From Clostridia bacterium (lineage in GTDB: Bacteria; Bacillota; Clostridia; TANB77; RGIG9151): a stretch of 64,000 nt of DNA. Below are positions 62,400 to 64,000 of this stretch, piece after piece (position 1 is the stretch's first letter; each line of letters starts with the position of its first letter). The notes under the pieces are model-generated. The model worked only from the letters and a program-made list of their open reading frames with translations. It had not been told where the DNA came from and did not search any database. Location of the stretch: contig JAGBIO010000011.1 of the NCBI GenBank assembly GCA_017934955.1, positions 39,515-103,514 of the forward strand. The letters run 5' to 3'. The translations under genes and the position numbers were made by a program.

Positions 62400-62511
62400 G
62401 TAGGGACACCATTCATTGTGTCCTAAACCTACCGTCTGCCAATTTCTCGGACACCATAAATGGTGTCCCTACAAGGATTGATGCATTATTTACGTACATT
62501 TGCATTGTAAC
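62400..62511. repeat. Composite REP element (doublet plus decayed TGTAAC end); left copy has hybrid arms
   Basis: 62400-62423 is GTAG-GGACACCAT-TC-ATTGTGTCC (arms from two classes, one mismatch). 62449-62472 is GGACACCATAAATGGTGTCC-CTAC. TGCATTGTAAC lies at 62501-62511. Confidence 0.88.
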
Positions 62512-62624
62512 TTATTTACTATAGAACCAATTATTGTTAGACTATTTTTTTACCCTGAATTTTTTACTCTACTAAAGAAAAGTATTCCTTTTGCCGATAA
62601 AGTAGCCAAAGGGTGGTGGACGCA

Positions 62625-62717
62625 ATGAACCGATTACAAAAAATAAATAAAACAGCAAGAATTAACTATAACGCTTGTGTGGTAAAATTTGTAATTGGGG
62701 GGGACACTATTAGATAG
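62625..62717 (+). CDS. Second copy of the small ORF interrupted by a poly-G tract (G7; 30 aa as read; a -1 slip gives a ~51-aa ORF ending at 62781 inside the terminator)
   Basis: ATG follows GGTGGTGG. Translation is MNRLQKINKTARINYNACVVKFVIGGDTIR. The G run is 62697-62703. The alternative frame after the G run is TLLDRKNKEKRIMNKEESSLKSGWL. Confidence 0.45.
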   Translation: MNRLQKINKTARINYNACVVKFVIGGDTIR

Positions 62718-62753
62718 AAAGAATAAAGAAAAAAGAATAATGAATAAAGAAGA

Positions 62754-62797
62754 AAGTAGTTTAAAGTCGGGATGGCTTTAGACTACTTCTTTTTGTT
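62754..62797 (+). terminator. Rho-independent terminator 38 nt upstream of glycine-rich-family paralog 3
   Basis: AAGTAGTTTAAAG-TCGGGATGG-CTTTAGACTACTT plus CTTTTTGTTT. It is homologous to 11716-11761, with one U-G change in the stem. Confidence 0.75.
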
Positions 62798-62834
62798 TAA
62801 AAATCGCAGGAAATATATAAGGGAGGCAGAGAAA

Positions 62835-64000
62835 ATGAGAAGGGCAGTAAGTTTAGTAATTTCGTTTGTATTGTTGTTAAGTACATCCTTTGGATATACG
62901 TTAACCATCAATACTGAACGAGGAATAACGACAAGAGAGGTAGAAGCGGAGAAAAATATTACGGTAGGGTTATCGGATCGCGCTCCGGCGAAGTATGTTG
63001 TAAATTCCGAAAATGTTGTATTAAGAATATTCGGAAATCGCAGACAATTAGTAATGCCGACAGGAAATGTAGATATTTCTGTTAATCGGTTGTATACGGT
63101 AAACTTTAACAGCAACGGGGGAAGTACGGTCAAAAGTATAAAAGTTGCAGTAGGAGATCTTTATGGGACATTACCGGTACCGACGAAAAGCGGGTATGCG
63201 TTTGACGGATGGTATATGGAAGAATGGTTAGTAACAAAAATAACAGATACAACAGTCGTAGAAACAGCAAGTGACCATACGTTATATGCAAAATGGAAAG
63301 AAGCAACAGCGGAGAATTTGATGGAAGTAGGAGACTATGTAACGTATTATCCGACAATTACCACTTGTGACTTAACGACAATCACAGGAGTTGAACAGAC
63401 CGAATTTGATCCATCGGCAACAACGACATGGAGAGTGTTAAGCAATGATGGAACAACGGTAGAGTTGGTTAGCGCAGATAGTGTAGGAGATTTAACATTA
63501 GGAAAAGATTCAGAACAAGCAACAGACGGAACCTTTAGTAGTGGAACCGAAGCGGATATGGAAGTAGCAAAATCCAATTATGCAAGGGCGGTAAAAATAT
63601 TAAATGAAATCAGCGAAGCGTATGTAAATCCAACACTCGCAACAGGAGGAAGAGGATTAGGAACTGTAGTAGGAAGCAGTATGGAAGAAATCGACACAAC
63701 GACATATCCACTAACGTGGGATTATACATATCCACAAGGTTATACATATACAGAAGGAAATAACGGGTTCCCACATACAGACACTTACTACAGTACCGAT
63801 GTAAATGTATTAATGAACAATAGCATGTTGCACAGTAGCGGTTATGTGTGGCTCGCTTCCCGTAACTTGGGCCTCGCCAGCAGCAACTCGGACTTCCGCG
63901 TGCGCAGCATGATCACGAGCGGCGACATCTACAACTACTATACCTTGTTCAGCTCGCACTCGGATGGTAGCGCGATCACGTATTCCAACACGAACGGGGT
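62835..64000 (+). CDS. Secreted protein, paralog 3 of the family (same N-terminal domain type, Flg_new-type repeat, different downstream domain); runs off the window end
   Basis: ATG 62835 follows GGGAGG. The signal peptide is MRRAVSLVISFVLLLSTSFG. YTLTINTERGITTREVEAEKNITVGLSDRAPAKYVV.. parallels paralogs 1 and 2. YTVNFNSNGGS..GYAFDGWY..LYAKW is a Listeria-Bacteroides repeat. The frame is open to 64000 (checked codon by codon). It is absent from the ORF track because it is truncated. Confidence 0.8.
   Translation, partial: MRRAVSLVISFVLLLSTSFGYTLTINTERGITTREVEAEKNITVGLSDRAPAKYVVNSENVVLRIFGNRRQLVMPTGNVDISVNRLYTVNFNSNGGSTVKSIKVAVGDLYGTLPVPTKSGYAFDGWYMEEWLVTKITDTTVVETASDHTLYAKWKEATAENLMEVGDYVTYYPTITTCDLTTITGVEQTEFDPSATTTWRVLSNDGTTVELVSADSVGDLTLGKDSEQATDGTFSSGTEADMEVAKSNYARAVKILNEISEAYVNPTLATGGRGLGTVVGSSMEEIDTTTYPLTWDYTYPQGYTYTEGNNGFPHTDTYYSTDVNVLMNNSMLHSSGYVWLASRNLGLASSNSDFRVRSMITSGDIYNYYTLFSSHSDGSAITYSNTNG

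Overview
Chromosomal window from a low-GC Gram-positive, anaerobe-type genome. Gene content looks Clostridia/Tissierellia-like: an SLH S-layer protein, [FeFe]-hydrogenases, a T-box ileS, and Firmicute-style era-yqzL-recO and S10-spc-alpha clusters. Positions 1-4602 are the visibly more AT-rich right end of an integrated element. It carries a divergent XRE repressor / Xis-type HTH module, a frameshifted winged-helix gene and orphan secreted/membrane proteins, and it stops at a 55-nt 3' fragment of tRNA-Tyr. The rest is core genome: ileS behind an Ile T-box, two tandem paralogous secreted glycine-rich proteins (a third paralog starts at 62835 and runs off the window), asnB, an SLH S-layer protein, uvrA, era-yqzL-recO, fabI, rpmF, an MBOAT/DHHW O-acyltransferase pair, an hfsABCD-like sensory plus catalytic [FeFe]-hydrogenase cluster, TPM-LemA, a GntR-ABC transporter operon, a ClpX paralog, and the complete S10-spc-alpha ribosomal supercluster (rpsJ to rplQ, no rpmD). 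The strongest non-genic signal is at least 47 copies of a GTAG/GTAC-anchored 20-nt palindrome (REP/REPIN-like, three covarying stem classes). These fill nearly all core intergenic gaps, including six gaps inside the ribosomal operons, and they build larger ~140-nt composite elements. The second signal is a conserved module upstream of two of the three glycine-rich surface-protein genes. It is a small ORF split by a poly-G tract, and its in-frame version would be translated into a strong terminator, which suggests slipped-strand phase variation. All calls come from reading the sequence and the ORF translations. No database searches were run, and family names and Pfam identifiers are from memory.
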